DNA of 64,000 nt from Eledone cirrhosa (taxonomy: Eukaryota). The stretch lies in the NCBI GenBank assembly GCA_964016885.1, contig OZ024741.1:401574001-401638000 (forward strand), in the 5' to 3' direction. Below, piece after piece: positions 11,573-26,500 of this stretch. The position numbers were made by a program, and so were the translations under genes. The notes beneath the pieces are model-generated. The model was not told where the DNA came from and did not search any database. It worked only from the letters and a program-made list of their open reading frames with translations. Numbering within the stretch: position 1 is the first letter of the stretch; every line of letters begins with the position of its first letter.

Positions 11573-14500
11573 TATGGGTTTGAGGTGTCGTTGTTGTAAA
11601 TTCCTCGACTCCACAGGCTTCCACGTTGTTTCTTGCCGCCTGAATGCCGGCCACTTCACACGTCACATGGAGCTAAACCTCATCTTCAAGAAAGCTTTGG
11701 TCCAGACAAACATCCCCTTAATTTTGGAACTGTCTGGATTGTCCAGAATTGATAGGAAAAGACTTGACGGCCTTATCCTATGCCTCTGGTCGGGAGGTAG
11801 GTGCCTTGTCTGGGATGTCACAGTTAATGACTCTTTTGCTTCTTCCCACATCCTGGATGCTGCGCTTAGGATGAGAGCCACAGTATCCACAGCCAAATGG
11901 AACAAAATCCTGAAATACTGTGATCAGTTGGCTAACTACATCTTCCAACCTGTGGCGTTTGAGATGTTGGGGGAGTTGGACCACTGACTGAAAGATTCTT
12001 ATCTTCACTGGCGGCTCGCCTAACAGAGGTAACTGTTGATGCTCATGAGGGCACTTGGTTGTTCCAGCGCATCAGCCTTGCCATCTCCCAAGGTAATTCT
12101 GAGAGCGTGCTGGCTTGCCTCAAAAATTATTAGAGGTTTCCCACTGCTCCTCGTGATAATATCATCTTTTGTTTTGGTAGCGGCTTGGTCGTCCACCCAT
12201 TTCGCCTGCCTTTTGTTCTATGTGCTCCCAGATTGTGTTTTTTCTCTTTCCTTTTTGTTTTTCCTTTCGCTTTCCTTTATATTATACTTGTTTGTGATTT
12301 CGATCTGTAAGCATTAAAAGTTTTATAATAATAATAATGAAATTATTATGTTCAGGTGCACTACAACTCATCAAAGGTGCATGTATAGTTCATAGAATAA
12401 TATACAAATGTCAAGGAAGTGAATAGTGTATGAGTCATGATATACATGTGTATGTGTATGGAGGGGGAATATTAGGTGTAGTGTTGGTGAATCTCAGGAA
12501 GCATGGAGGTTTTAAAGGATGCAGTGTCTCGACAGCTAACAACTGATGCAGGTAGTTTGTTCCATGTAGGTTTTAAAGGATGCAGTGTCTCGACAGCTAA
12601 TATCTGATGCATATAGTTTGTTCCATGGAGGTTTTAAAGGATGCAGTGTCTCGACAGCTAACAACTGATGCAGGTAGTGTGTTCCATGTAGGTTTTAAAG
12701 GATGCAGTGTCTCGACAGCTAACAACTGATGCAGGTAGTTTGTTCCATGGAGGTTTTAAAGGATGCAGTGTCTCGACAGCTAATATCTGATGCATATAGT
12801 TTGTTCCATGGAGGTTTTAAAGGATGCAGTATCTCGACAGCTAACAACTGATGCAGGTAGTTTGTTCCATGAAGGTTTTAAAGGATGCAGTGCTCGACAG
12901 CTAATAACTGAAGCAGGTAGTTTGTTCCATGGAGGTTTTAAAGGATGCAGTGTCTCGACAGCTAACAACTGATGCAGGTAGTTTGTTTCATGGAGGGTTT
13001 AAAGGATGCAGTGTCTCGACAGCTAACAGCTAATGCAGGTAGTTTGTTACATGGAGGTTTTAATGGATGCAGTGATCGACAGCTAACAACTGATGCAGGT
13101 AGTTTGTTCCATGGAGGTTTTAAAGGATACAGTGTCTCGACAGCTAACAACCGATGCAGGTAGTTTGTTTCATGGAGGTTTTAAAGGATGCAGTGTCTTG
13201 ACAGCTAACAACTGATGCAGGTAGTTTGTTACATGGAGGTTTTAAAGGATGCAGTGTCTCGACAGCTAACAGCTAATGCAGGTAGTTTTTTACATGGAGG
13301 TTTTAATGGATGCAGTGTCTCGACAGCTAACAACTGATGCAGGTAGTTTGTTCCATGGAGGTTTTAAAGGATACAGTGTCTCGACAGCTAACAACTGATG
13401 CAGGTAGTTTGTTACATGGAGGTTTTAAAGGATGCAGTGTCTCGACAGCTAACAGCTAATGCAGGTAGTTTGTTACATGGAGGTTTTAATGGATGCAGTG
13501 TCTCGACAGCTAACAACTGATGCAGGTAGTTTGTTACATGGAGGTTTTAAAGGATGCAGTGTCTCGACAGCTAACAGCTAATGCATCTAGTTTGTTCCAT
13601 GGAGGTTTTAAAGGATGCAGTGCTCGACAGCTAATAACTGATGCAGGTAGTTTGTTTCATGGAGGTTTTAAAGGATGCAGTGTCTCGACAGCTAACAACT
13701 GATGCGGGTAGTTTGTTTCATGGAGGGTTTAAAGGATGCAGTGTCTTGACAGCTAACAACTGATGCAGGTAGTTTGTTACGTGGAGGTTTTAAAGGATGC
13801 AGTGTCTCGACAGCTAACAGCTAATGCAGGTAGTTTGTTCCATGGAGGTTTTAAAGGATGCAGTGTCTCGACAGCTAATAACTGATGCAGGTAGTTTGTT
13901 CCATGGAGGTTTTAAAGGATGCAGTGTCTCGACAGCTAATAACTGATGCAGGTAGTTTGTTCCATGGAGGTTTTAAAGGATGCAGTGTCTCGACAGCTAA
14001 CAGCTGATGCAGGTAGTTAGTTCCATGGAGGTTTTAAAGGATGCAGTGTCTTGACAGCTGACAATTGATGCAGGTAGTTTGTTTCATGGAGGGTTTAAAG
14101 GATGCAGTGTCTCGACAGCTAACAACTGATGCAGGTAGTTTGTTTCATGGAGGGTTTAAAGGATGCAGTGTCTCGACAGCTAACAACTGATGCGGGTAGT
14201 TTGTTTCATGGAGGGTTTAAAGGATACAGTGTCTCGACAGCTAACAACTGATGCAGGTAGTTTGTTACATGGAGGTTTTAAAGGATGCAGTGTCTCGACA
14301 GCTAACAGCTAATGCAGGTAGTTTGTTACATGGAGGTTTTAATGGATGCAGTGTCTCGACAGCTAACAACTGATGCAGGTAGTTTGTTTCATGGAGGGTT
14401 TAAAGGATGCAGTGTCTCGACAGCTAACAACTGATGCAGGTAGTTTGTTACATGGAGGTTTTAAAGGATGCAGTGTCTCGACAGCTAACAGCTAATGCAG

Positions 14501-17500
14501 GTAGTTTGTTACATGGAGGTTTTAATGGATGCAGTGTCTCGACAGCTAACAACTGATGCAGGTAGTTTGTTTCATGGAGGGTTTAAAGGATGCAGTGTCT
14601 TGACAGCTAACAACTGATGCAGGTAGTTTGTTCCATGGAGGTTTTAAAGGATGCAGTGTCTCGACAGCTAATATCTGATGCATATAGTTTGTTCCATGGA
14701 GGTTTTAAAGGATGCAGTGTCTCGACAGCTAACAACTGATGCAGGGAGTTTGTTCCATGGAGGTTTTAAAGGATGCAGTGTCTCGACAGCTAACAACTGA
14801 TGCAGGTAGTTTGTTTCATGGAGGGTTTAAAGGATGCAGTGTCTCGACAGCTAACAACTGATGCAGGTAGTTTGTTACATGGAGGTTTTAAAGGATGCAG
14901 TGTCTCGACAGCTAACAGCTAATTCAGGTAGTTTGTTACATGGAGGTTTTAATGGATGCAGTGTCTCGACAGCTAACAACTGATGCAGGTAGTTTGTTCC
15001 ATGGAGGTTTTAAAGGATACAGTGTCTCGACAGCTAACAACTGATGCAGGTAGTTTGTTTCATGGAGGGTTTAAAGGATGCAGTGTCTTGACAGCTAACA
15101 ACTGATGCAGGTAGTTTGTTACATGGAGGTTTTAAAGGATGCAGTGTCTCGACAGCTAACAGCTAATGCAGGTAGTTTGTTACATGGAGGTTTTAATGGA
15201 TGNNNNNNNNNNNNNNNNNNNNNNNNNNNNNNNNNNNNNNNNNNNNNNNNNNNNNNNNNNNNNNNNNNNNNNNNNNNNNNNNNNNNNNNNNNNNNNNNNN
15301 NNNNNNNNNNNNNNNNNNNNNNNNNNNNNNNNNNNNNNNNNNNNNNNNNNNNNNNNNNNNNNNNNNNNNNNNNNNNNNNNNNNNNNNNNNNNNNNNNNNN
15401 NNAGACATGAGTTGCTGTTGTTGATGAAGTCCTTCAACAGGGGTAGTAGTGGAAGCTACGGTCGTTGGTTTTTGCTACAATGGTAGAGGAAGACACGATC
15501 GTCGGTTTTTGTTGTTCAACAGCAATGGTAGAGGCATACACACAAGCCAAGCACTGAAAGGACTAATTTGGTAGCTGGACCATTTCACAGAGCCTATCCA
15601 TCATAGAAGTATGGTGTCTCTTTTTCTGACCTGGGATCTTTCGAAAGTTTGTGGCACATTGAAGGCAAACAGAAACATGATATTTGCCACATTCGACCCA
15701 TCAATTTCAGGAGTTCTCTGGTTCTGTACATTCTGTACATTCTGGGCAATGTTCTATTTTGGAACATCGCTCAGTTTTTATTGCACACTTCATCCATGGA
15801 TGTCACAATAGCTATTTTGTCCTGTCTGTCCATCCGTACAGTAGAACAAGATGTAAATGTAAACAAATAAATATGTTGCTTAAGTTTAAAACTTATCAAG
15901 TTAACGAGATAAATGTTTCTTTATGTTGTGTTTTTTTTATTTCTATTTCTGTTTTCTTATGTATTGTGTGTGTGTATACAAAAAGATCTGCACACGAATA
16001 TATAATTATATATATATATATAATTAAAAAGGTGTATGTGGGTAAGAAGCGAAGTCAATGTTCAGAATGGTTTTACAAATGTACGTAAGTTTGGCCGGTG
16101 TAGTGTCTCACACAAAATAGTGTGGTTTCTTTTCACTTGTGTGTATATGTGTGTGTGGTACGGCTAGCTACATTTTTCAGCCTGTGGCTTTCAAGGCGTT
16201 TGGGGGAGTCGGGAGGCTGACTGCGAGGTTCCTCTCTTCACTAGTGGCTCGCCTAATAGAGGTAACTGGCGAATCTCGCGAGGATGCTTGGCTGTTCCCG
16301 CGCATTAGCCTCGCCATCACCCGAGGCAACGCTGCGAGTGTGCTGGCTTGCCTCAAAAAATCATTAGAGAGGTTGCCCAGTACCCCTCGCTGCTGTCTTT
16401 TGTTCTGGTGTTCCTTTACATTTTATATACCAATGAAATATACATACATATATTAGTGAAATATACATGCATGTAAACATATACTAAATAATTGTTTCTA
16501 CGTTTGGCACAAGGTCAACAAATACCCAGTGCATTACTGGTACTTTATTTTATCGACCCTGTAAGGATGAAAGGCAAAGTTATCCTCGGCGGGATTTGAA
16601 CTCAGAATGGCAAGGACCGTAACTCTATACATCAAAGCATGCGACCCTCTACCAATACTGCCAATCCACCGCCCTCAATACATACTAAATAATGTTTTGT
16701 AGTATAGGCACAAGACAAGTAATTTGGGGGGGGAGGGGAAAGTCGATTAAATCGCACCAGTCCGTTACTGGTACTTTTATTTTATCGACCCCGTAAGGAT
16801 GAAATCAAACATCGCCTTAGCCTCGCCATCACCCGAGTGTGTTGGCTTGCCTAAAAAACCATTAGATAGGTTGCCCGGTACCCCTCGCTAGTGTCTTTTG
16901 ATCTGGTGTTGGCTCGTTTGTTCACCCCTTCCATTACATTTTTTTTAATATGCAACATTAAAAGAATATATCTTTCTGTATGTATCTATATATAAATCTG
17001 TGTGTATATTGTTGTTTATATATTTTGTGAAGTACTTACTGTGATCCCTAAAGAATATAGTGATTTATTTTTTCCGTTCATGTCCACACGTGGTTTATTG
17101 ACGAAAATCAAATATACTTCGTTAAAGTAATTTTATGTTGAAGTTGGTACTAATATTCAGGGAACAGTCAAAGTATTTGTAATAATTGTTTCTACTTTTG
17201 GCACAAGGCCAGCAAATCACCAGTGCATTACTGGTACTTTATTTTATCGACCCCGTAAGTATTTGTAATAATGAATATTGTAATCCATCTGACATGTGTT
17301 AAAGGGCAGTTTTCGGTGATACAGATTTATAGGTTCTCTATTATAATGTATGTAATTTTATTTTTTTTCATTTCAGCCACAACTATTCCAACAACAACAC
17401 TACAACCAACAACACAAACAGGTAACATATTTCTGATTAATAAAATTATCTAACATGTAAGAAATCATGATAATAATCATGAAAATATTGTTTTTCTGTT

Positions 17501-20500
17501 GTCTTTTACTTCTATTATTTTGTAGAATCATGGTGCGTAGCTAATGATGGTTTGGAAGATGTTTCATTAATAAGATCCTGGGATATTAAATTGTCAAGCA
17601 ATGATGAAAATCCAGATGTTATTAGACCTGGAAACAAAGGATGGAGTCCTGCTAGAGATGATAAGAAACTTACAGTAACTATGTTTGTTGGTGACACTTT
17701 AAGATATGGTGCAGCAATTCATCTCTTACGATCTAAATGTGTTGAGAAGTTTGATGTTATTCTAACTGGTGGAGAGGTTAAAAGATTTAGGGTAGGTTTC
17801 AATTAATTAAAATTTTTATAAACATATTGTCAGAGGGAAACTTTATTGAAATAATTCTATCACAACATATTTGTATACATTTAGATGGGGTAATGAAAAC
17901 TTTGTAGAAGCAGATGATCAGAAATTATGTGATATAGTTTATTTTAGAACCATTGAATTAATTTATTTTTAAGAGAAGGATTATCAATGGTAAACATTTT
18001 TTCTTTGTTAATTATTCTGCATATTTTTCTGAAATAACAAAACTTTCAACTAATGTTAACTTATTGCTATTTCCATTTTTTCCTAGAATAATCCAAAAAG
18101 TGAAATTGTTAAAATACCATTTGGTACAACATCAGATACAGTAAAAATCCACTTTGTTCCTGTTTCACCCAATTGTAGACTGAGAGTTACAGTATCTTTC
18201 ATAGGATGTTTTGAATCAGGCAGTAAGTAGGAATTCATTGTATTGATATAAATACTTTGTCATAAATCCTATATTTATTTCCAGTATTTTGTCATCTGTT
18301 GAATATTAGATTAAAAAAAAATTCATTAGAGAGGTTGCCCGGTACTCCTCGCGACGCTGCTGTCTTTGACTCGGGTATTCACCCCTTCCTTTACATTTTC
18401 TTTAATATTGCAAACATTAAAAGAGTATATCCTTCTGAGGGAATCGTGAAATTGTTAAAATACCATTTGGTACATCAGATACATTAAAAATCCACTTTGT
18501 TCCTGTTGAAATCATTGCAAACGATTTGTAATGTCCCATCATAGCAGCACATTCTGATTCCAGGAATCTTGTATTAGGCAGTGAATCAATGTCGCGAATG
18601 TTTGGAACGCAAAAGTATTTGAGTAATGGGTAATCCAAGCGTAAGATCATCAATGTACAGTGAACAAATCTTAAACTAGACATGAAAAATGCGCAAGCTC
18701 AAATAATATCACAATAAATACATCTATGTTTAATGTAATAACAGCTATAAATAATTACGTAATATTATTATCATATACTCATAGTAACAAAATAATTGTG
18801 TTGAAAATTAATATGATGCTTATATGAACGATCAAATCTATAATGATAATTTTATAAATATACTAATATTAAAATAATTTAGTTATATATTGTTACATTT
18901 TCATCGAACTATAACATTAACAATCGTATTGTATCATCAAATTTTTATCACTGCAAACTTTCATATTGGAATTACCTTAAGCCATTTATCATTACTTCGC
19001 TTTCGTACTTTTACAGATGTAGATATTCTGCTGTATCTTATATCTAATATCATGATCTCATGGTAATTTGCATGCAGTGAAATAGTGTAAAAAGAAAGGC
19101 ATGGTTGGTTGAAGCTAATGTCCAATATCTCATATTAGATGTTTAGTAATGATTAATACGAAATGCACTTAAACCGAATTCTATATTATAAATTCACTTA
19201 ATTAATTATCGTGTCGTCTTGAGTTCCTTATGAGTCTCTTTTTTATAAAAGGATGCCACAGATTTTATAAAAAAGAGACTATGAGTATATGATAATAATT
19301 GTTTCTACTTTTGGCAGAAGGCCAGCAAAATCCAGTGTATTACTGGTACTTTATTTTATCGACTCTGTAAGGATGAAAGGCAAAGTTAACCTCGGCGGGA
19401 TTTGAACTCAGAATGGTAAGGGCCGTAACTCTTTGCGTCAAAGCATGGCGTCCGACCCTCTACTGATACTGCCAATTCACCGCCATTGGTATATGATACC
19501 TGAGTATATGATAATAATTGTTTCTACTTTTGGCACAAGGCCAGAAATAAGCCAGTGTATTACTGGTACTTTATTTTATCGACCCCGTAAGGATGAAAGG
19601 CAAAGTTAACCTTGGCGGGATTTGAACTCAGAATGGCAAGGGCCGTAACTCTATGCGTAAAAGCATGGCGTCCGACTACGTAATTATTTATAGCTGTTAT
19701 TACATTAAACATAGATGTATTTATTGTGATATTTTTATAAAGGATGCCACAGAATGTACGATAGATAATGATTACAATATTTTTGAGTAACAACTCTAGT
19801 CCCACACTTTTGAAGGCTTATAACATTCTGTGGCTCTTTTGAGCTTGCGCATTTTTCATGTCTAGTTTAATATTTTTTTAAGGCAACGCTTGTAATAACT
19901 CTAGTTAAACATGATATATATTAATAATAAATTATCGTTGTAATGTAATTAGATTATATAATTGTTATTATAAATGATCTTATAAATAGTGTAAGATGTA
20001 TAAAAATATTTTCAGACTTTTAATATAAACAACAACAAAAAACAATCAATATTAAATCAATATATTATACATAGTAGAAAACATAAAATAAATAAACAAT
20101 ATAAAAATAAAATATTTACATACAATTGCAATTATCAGTCTATATAAATTTTCTTTATTCCCTGAGCAAATTACATTTGTTTTAAAAATAGTTAATATAA
20201 ATTTTTAAAAATCATATAACGACGAAATAACAAAAATAAATGAACTAGGAAAACAAACAAAAAAACATGGCGGGTGCTTTTGAACAACACTTACTCTGAT
20301 TGGTTGAAAATTAGCCAATGACATGTAATCGCCACGGCCAGACCTTGAAAAAAAAATTGACGATCTACACATATATCTTAGAACACTAAAAGTGACTAAA
20401 ACATTCTGTTGTTAGTCACTTCGTGTCTAACAGATAGAGCATGAAGCAGATGTTATGTTAAGAGAACATTCAAACAGAGTAGAGGTGGAAAAAATGTTTA

Positions 20501-23500
20501 CCTTGTTTGGTGTTAAATCTATAGGTCCAGAAATATTTTTTTCCAATCACAAGAAAGTGCACACACATACGTATATGTATATATACAGGTACATATATTA
20601 ATGAACATGTATTTCACGTTAAACACAGAGGGACATCAGTAAATAATAATAACAATATTTAGATAGAAAGATATAAATGTACATATCCCTATTTCGGGGG
20701 TTATTTTTTGTTTCCCTTGTATATTATGTTATTCGCCCAATTGTAGACTGAGAGTTACAGTATCTGATGTTTTGAATCAGGCAGTAAGTAGGAATTCACT
20801 GTATTGATATATATACTTTGTCATAAATCCTATATTTATTTCCAGTATTTTGTCATCTGTTGAATATTAGATCAAAAACAAAATCATTAGAGAGGTTGCA
20901 CGGTATTCCTTGCTGTCTTTTGCTCTGGTGTTGGCTTGGGTATTCACCCCTTCCTTTACATTTTCTTTAATATTGCAGCATTAAAAGAATATGTTCTTCT
21001 GAGGGAATCGCGAGCAATTTATAATGTTATCTAAGCATTTGTAATGTTATTTATGTATATATTTAAAATATATTTATTCTACTGTAAATTTGTATGCTTT
21101 GTATAAATTATTATGAATTAAATTAGAACACTAGAAATTAACATAATGATTGTGTATCTTTATTGATTTTTTTCATAATTATCGATCTTCTGATCATTAG
21201 AAATAATGGATCTTCTAATCATTAGAAATTTAGATGATATAAAATTTGAAGACCAATTTTAGTTTACACAAACTTTCAAATGAATATAGTTTTCTGAATA
21301 TCCCAAATGAAAGAGTGACGTTTGATTATAATTTTAGGAAATAAGAGGAATGTTGGTTAAATTTACATATTTTAACGTAGTGTTACATTTTACATTCTTA
21401 AATGATATTATAAATTTATGAAATGTTTTTATTGTATTTTATAAAAACAGAACATTTCCAACTATACAATTCTCATAACTTTAGTTAATAGTAATTAACA
21501 AAAGGTATTTCTATAATTAATATCATATTGGTATATTTTCCTCCTTCCCATTTTAAGTTATACAATTGTTATAGCATTTACTAACAATAAACATCAGAAA
21601 ATATTATATTTCTATAACTCATATCATATCTACAGTTATACAGTTGTCATATCATTAACTAACAATAAACAGTAGAAGGTATTTCACTAACTAATATATG
21701 TCTGTGCTTCATTCTTCCATGTCTTCATCACTGTCAGTACCAGTAACACACTGGGTAATTGCTGGCCTTGTGCCAAAAGTAGAAACAATTATAATAATAA
21801 TAATCATCACCATCACCGTTTTACGTCCATTCTTCCATGCTAGCATGGGTTAGACGGATTGTCCTGTTGTGGGCAGTGTCTGGTTGGCTGACCATGCCTT
21901 GCTCATACAGGAACTGATTTTGGCTTGATTTCTACAGCTGGGTGCTTTTTTCCGTGGCGCCTACACGTCCACTTTGCAGTGTGGGCTGGGTGCTTTTTTG
22001 CCGTGGCACCTCCACGACCACTTTGCAGTGAGAGGGTGTGGGGGCATATTGTCTATATGCTTCAGCTTGTACCCATGGGAGGTCGGGTACTCTGTATTAA
22101 TGCATGATGCCAGAGGTCACGGTCGCGTGTCATCGGGTAAGGTCGGCTTTTATCACGTCATCCCAGGTCTTCTTGGGTCTCCCCACTCCGCGGTTTCCAT
22201 TGACTTCTAGTGCTCTGCACCTTTTTATACAGCTATTATTTACGCATCACATGTCCATACCAATGCAACCGCCTCTCCTGCACACAACATTTGATTCCTC
22301 TTATGCTCAGTCTCTCTCTCAATTCATTTATGCTTTGCCATTCGCGTATATTACTATTACACATCCATTGGAGCATGCAAGCTTCGTTTCTTTCTAATCT
22401 ACGTAAGTCTTCCACCTTCAGCACCCAGGTCTCACTACCATGTAACATTGCTGTTCGTATACACGCATCATACAGTCTGCCTTTCATTCTGAGGGAGAAG
22501 CCTTTTGCAGCTTGCAGTGGCAGTAGTTCCCTGAACTTCTTCCATCCCATTCTTACCCTAGTTATTGTACTTTCTGAACACCCACCTCCGTTGCTAATTC
22601 GGTCACCTAGGTAGCAGAAGCTGTCTACTGTTTCTACAGAGCCCTCCCAGAGATTGGTGGTACTTGTTTCCTGTGGCCGTTTGCTGCTTGCTGTCCCAGC
22701 ACAGCTGCTACATGTGAAGCCTACATTCTTAATTAAGCTTCCTGAGATCCCGCTACATCTCTTGTGTACCCATTGTTTGCATTTGGGGCAGAGAATGGAG
22801 TTCCTACCTACACCTTTCCTACATACTGAGCAAGGCCATTTCCTGAGGGGTTCTGGGTTCTGTTTTCTAGTCTACTTACAAGAACCTTAGTCTTTGTCAT
22901 GTTGACTTTGAGACCCTTTCTTTCTAGTCCCTGCTTCCAAGTTTGGAATTTCTTCTCTAGTTCTGCCATAGATTCAGCTATAAGTGCGAGGTCATCTGCA
23001 TACAGGAGTTCCCATGGGCATCCGGTCTTAAACTCCTCCGTTATTGCCTGATATACTCATTGCTAATCCTAACTTTGCTGACTGCTCCCCTATACATGGC
23101 TTGTACAGTTTTCTAAGAGCCTACCAGATTATAGCACGTGGAACTCTGTCAAAGGCTTTCTCGAGATCGATGAATGCCAGGTAGAGTGGCTTACTTTTAG
23201 CTAGGTACTTTTCCTGTAACTGCCTCACAAAGAAGAGGGCATCAGTGGTGCCTCTTCCTGGTACAAACCCAAATTGCATCTCATCTAGTTTCACCCGGTC
23301 CCTAATCAACTGTGCTATAACTCTTTCTGTTACTTTAATGACCTGGTCCATCAGCTTTATACCTCTATAGTTTCCTCTATCTAGTGCATCACCTTTACCT
23401 TTGTAGCAGTTGACAATGATGCTACTGCACCAATCTTTTGGTATGACATCTTCTAGTATTACCTGGTTAACAATACGTGTGGTTATAGTGTGACCTACAG

Positions 23501-26500
23501 ACCCAGATGCCTTCAGCATCTCGGCAGCTATACCCGATGGACCGGTTGCCTTCCCCATCTTCATATCTTTGATTGCCTTACTTACTAGCCTGCTGCTGCT
23601 GACTTGTACTGCTAGCCCCTCTAGAGGGTCTACTTGGGGTAGGGTCTCTTCTTTCCATGCATTCTCCTCATTTAGTAATCTATCATAATGGCTCTTCCAT
23701 GCATCTTTCTTCTCAGCACTTGTGAGGGCAAGCTCACTTTTATTATTCCGGATACACTTCTCTCCAATGACATCACAATTCTCTCTGACACACTGCCTCA
23801 CAATCTTGAACACCTCCTGTTTCTGGTCCTCACGTTGCAAAACATGCTTGAATTTTCTATCCTCTGCTTCCCTCCTAGCTAAGTATACTTGTCGCCTAGC
23901 TTCCCTCTTGGTCTCTATGTAATGTACCCTGCTTCACCCGTTCTTCCATTCTTTCCATGCCTGTCTCTTGGCCTTAACTGCCTCATCTACCTTATTGTTC
24001 CACCACCAAGTCACTCTCCTCCTGCTTGTGGTCTTACTCCAGCCACAGATCTCATCCGTCGCCTCTAGTAAGTTATTTTTTAGGAACTCCCAGTGCTCTT
24101 CTACATTGAATGTCTATATTTGTTCTTCTTTACTGTCATAGGCGTTGAGTAAAATATCTTTAACTCTGTTACTGGCTGAGGGGTCTTTCAGCTTCCAGAT
24201 CTTTCTTCTCCAGGTTGGCCTCTGTTTCCAGGTTCGTCTAGTTCTGACTGTGAGGTCGCTGACAACTAAGCTATGTTGGGAGGTACATTCCTCACTAGGG
24301 AAGGCTTTTGTGTTTACGACCGTCCATCTGTCACATCCTCTGATGAGGATAAAATCTATCTGACAGGATAAAATCTAATAATAATAATTGTTTCTACTTT
24401 AGGCACAAGGCCAGCAATTAACCAGTGCATTACTGGTACTTTATTTTATCGACCCCGTAAGGATGAAAGGCAAAGTCAACCTCGGCGGGATTTAATAATA
24501 ATAATAATTGTTTCTACGTTAGGCACAAGGCCAGCAATTACCCAGTGCATTACTGGTACTGTATTTTATCGACCCCGTAAGGATGAAAAGCAAAGTTAAC
24601 CTCGGCGGGATTTGAACTCAGAATAGCAAGGGCCGTAACTCTATACGTCAAAGCATGGCTTTCAACCCTCTATAATAATAATAATAATAATAATAATAAT
24701 GCTTTCTTTATTAACCACAAGGGTTGACACAGTATAACATTAAGGACAACACAGGACAATACAAATGGGTTTTTCTGCATGTAAAAAAAAACAAAAATAG
24801 AGTGTGACAAAAGGAAACAAAGAAAAAATTCCCCAAAAGGGAGGAGACCTCCGAGGGTTGCTCGTAGAGAAGGCCCACAAGAAAAGCCACAGTTACCCTG
24901 ACCGCTAGGGCAAATGCCCTCTTCCAGTTTTCCTCCTACGATGCTACAGGCACACGCTCAGGGTAGACCCATTCACACGGGCCATTCTTGCCTCTCTCAC
25001 CCACCTTTCAACAAACTGGCTGGAGGTCAGCACTTCCCTCTCCACCCTCATTTTCCTTTTCAGGTGAAACCTGAAAAAGTTAATGACGGTGTCACCGAAG
25101 AGGAAAGTACCCGTCTTCAACCCTTTCAGACGTGTCTATAATGTCTTTTACCATGGCCACCAGGCAGATAAAAACTGCCTGCCCTTCTCAGCTAAAGGAA
25201 GGCGGCGGGGCAATTCTCACGATGGATTCAGCTGATAGCTCAATCCATTCTCCACGTGACACAGGTGTTCGGCATAAACCCACAAGTCAGCAATGCTCGG
25301 ACACTGGACGAGTGCGTGCAGGACGGTTTCATCGCCCTGCGCGCATAATAATAAAATTATCTCCTGTTGTCAGGAGGTTCCTGTCATTCAGTATGAAAAC
25401 ATGGAAAACAACACTCCTTTTGAATAGGGAAAAAAAATCACTGGAAGCTGGAGAAGTTAATATTAATTGTGGAATTTTTCAGGGTGACTCTTTATCACCG
25501 CTTTTATTCTGCATTGCACTTATACCATTAAGTAAAATGCTCAATGAAACATGGATATAAAGTCTATGACAAAACCATTAATCACTTGTTCTACATGGAT
25601 GACCTGAAACTATTTGCAAAAAATGATGAGCAAGCAAGGGCTATTATCCACTGTGAAGCAGTTCAGTGATGATATTAAAATGGAGTTTGGACTAGATAAA
25701 TGCGCCAAAGCCACGTTCACCAGAGGAAAGCTGCTCAGAAGTTCAGACATTAATCTTGATCGGGGGAATGTGATAAGAGAACTTGATCAAGAGGAAACTT
25801 ACAAATATCTAGGTGTTTGTGAAGGAGATGGAATCAAGCACTCGACAATGAGGGAAAGGATAAGGAAGGAATGTTACCGCAGAGTAAGAGCAATCTTAAG
25901 AATGGAGTTGAATGCAAGGAATAGGATCGATGCCATAAACACGCTTGCCATACCAGTAGTAACCTACAGTTTCAATGTCAACAACTGGTCAAGCACAGAG
26001 ATCCGTAGGCTCGATACAAAAATTAGAAAATTCTTGACAATGCACAGAATGCATCACCCTAAGGCAGATACAGACAGAATATATCTCCCTAAGAAAGAAG
26101 GAGGACGTGGATTAATCCAGTTAGATATTGCTTTGAAAACTGCAACAATTGGATTATCTACATATCTAAGGGAGGCATATGATTGGATGATTAAACTCGT
26201 TTTGAAACACGAAAGCATCAAAAGATCATACTCCATTACAAAAGATGCACAAAGATACAGTAATGAACTACAAATTTCAGAAGTTCCATTTACTGCTGAA
26301 ATGAAAAACACAGAAAAAGCAAAGCAGGTAAAAGTAACTGCAAAGAAAGAACTGCTACAGAAACTGGCTAAGAAAATGGCAAGAAAAGCCTCTGTATGGA
26401 AAATACCCAGAAAGAGCTAACAATCCTGATGTTGACAAAACTTTAACCCATCAGTGGTTGGCATCCTCTGGACTGAAATCGGAGACTGAAGGACTGATTA

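Noticed and set aside
12502-15202. CRISPR-like regular array
   Set aside because: Units are contiguous with no unique spacers, derive from LINE ORF2, and no cas genes are present in this eukaryotic context.
15105-15486. ORFs spanning the N run
   Set aside because: Artefacts of translating N.
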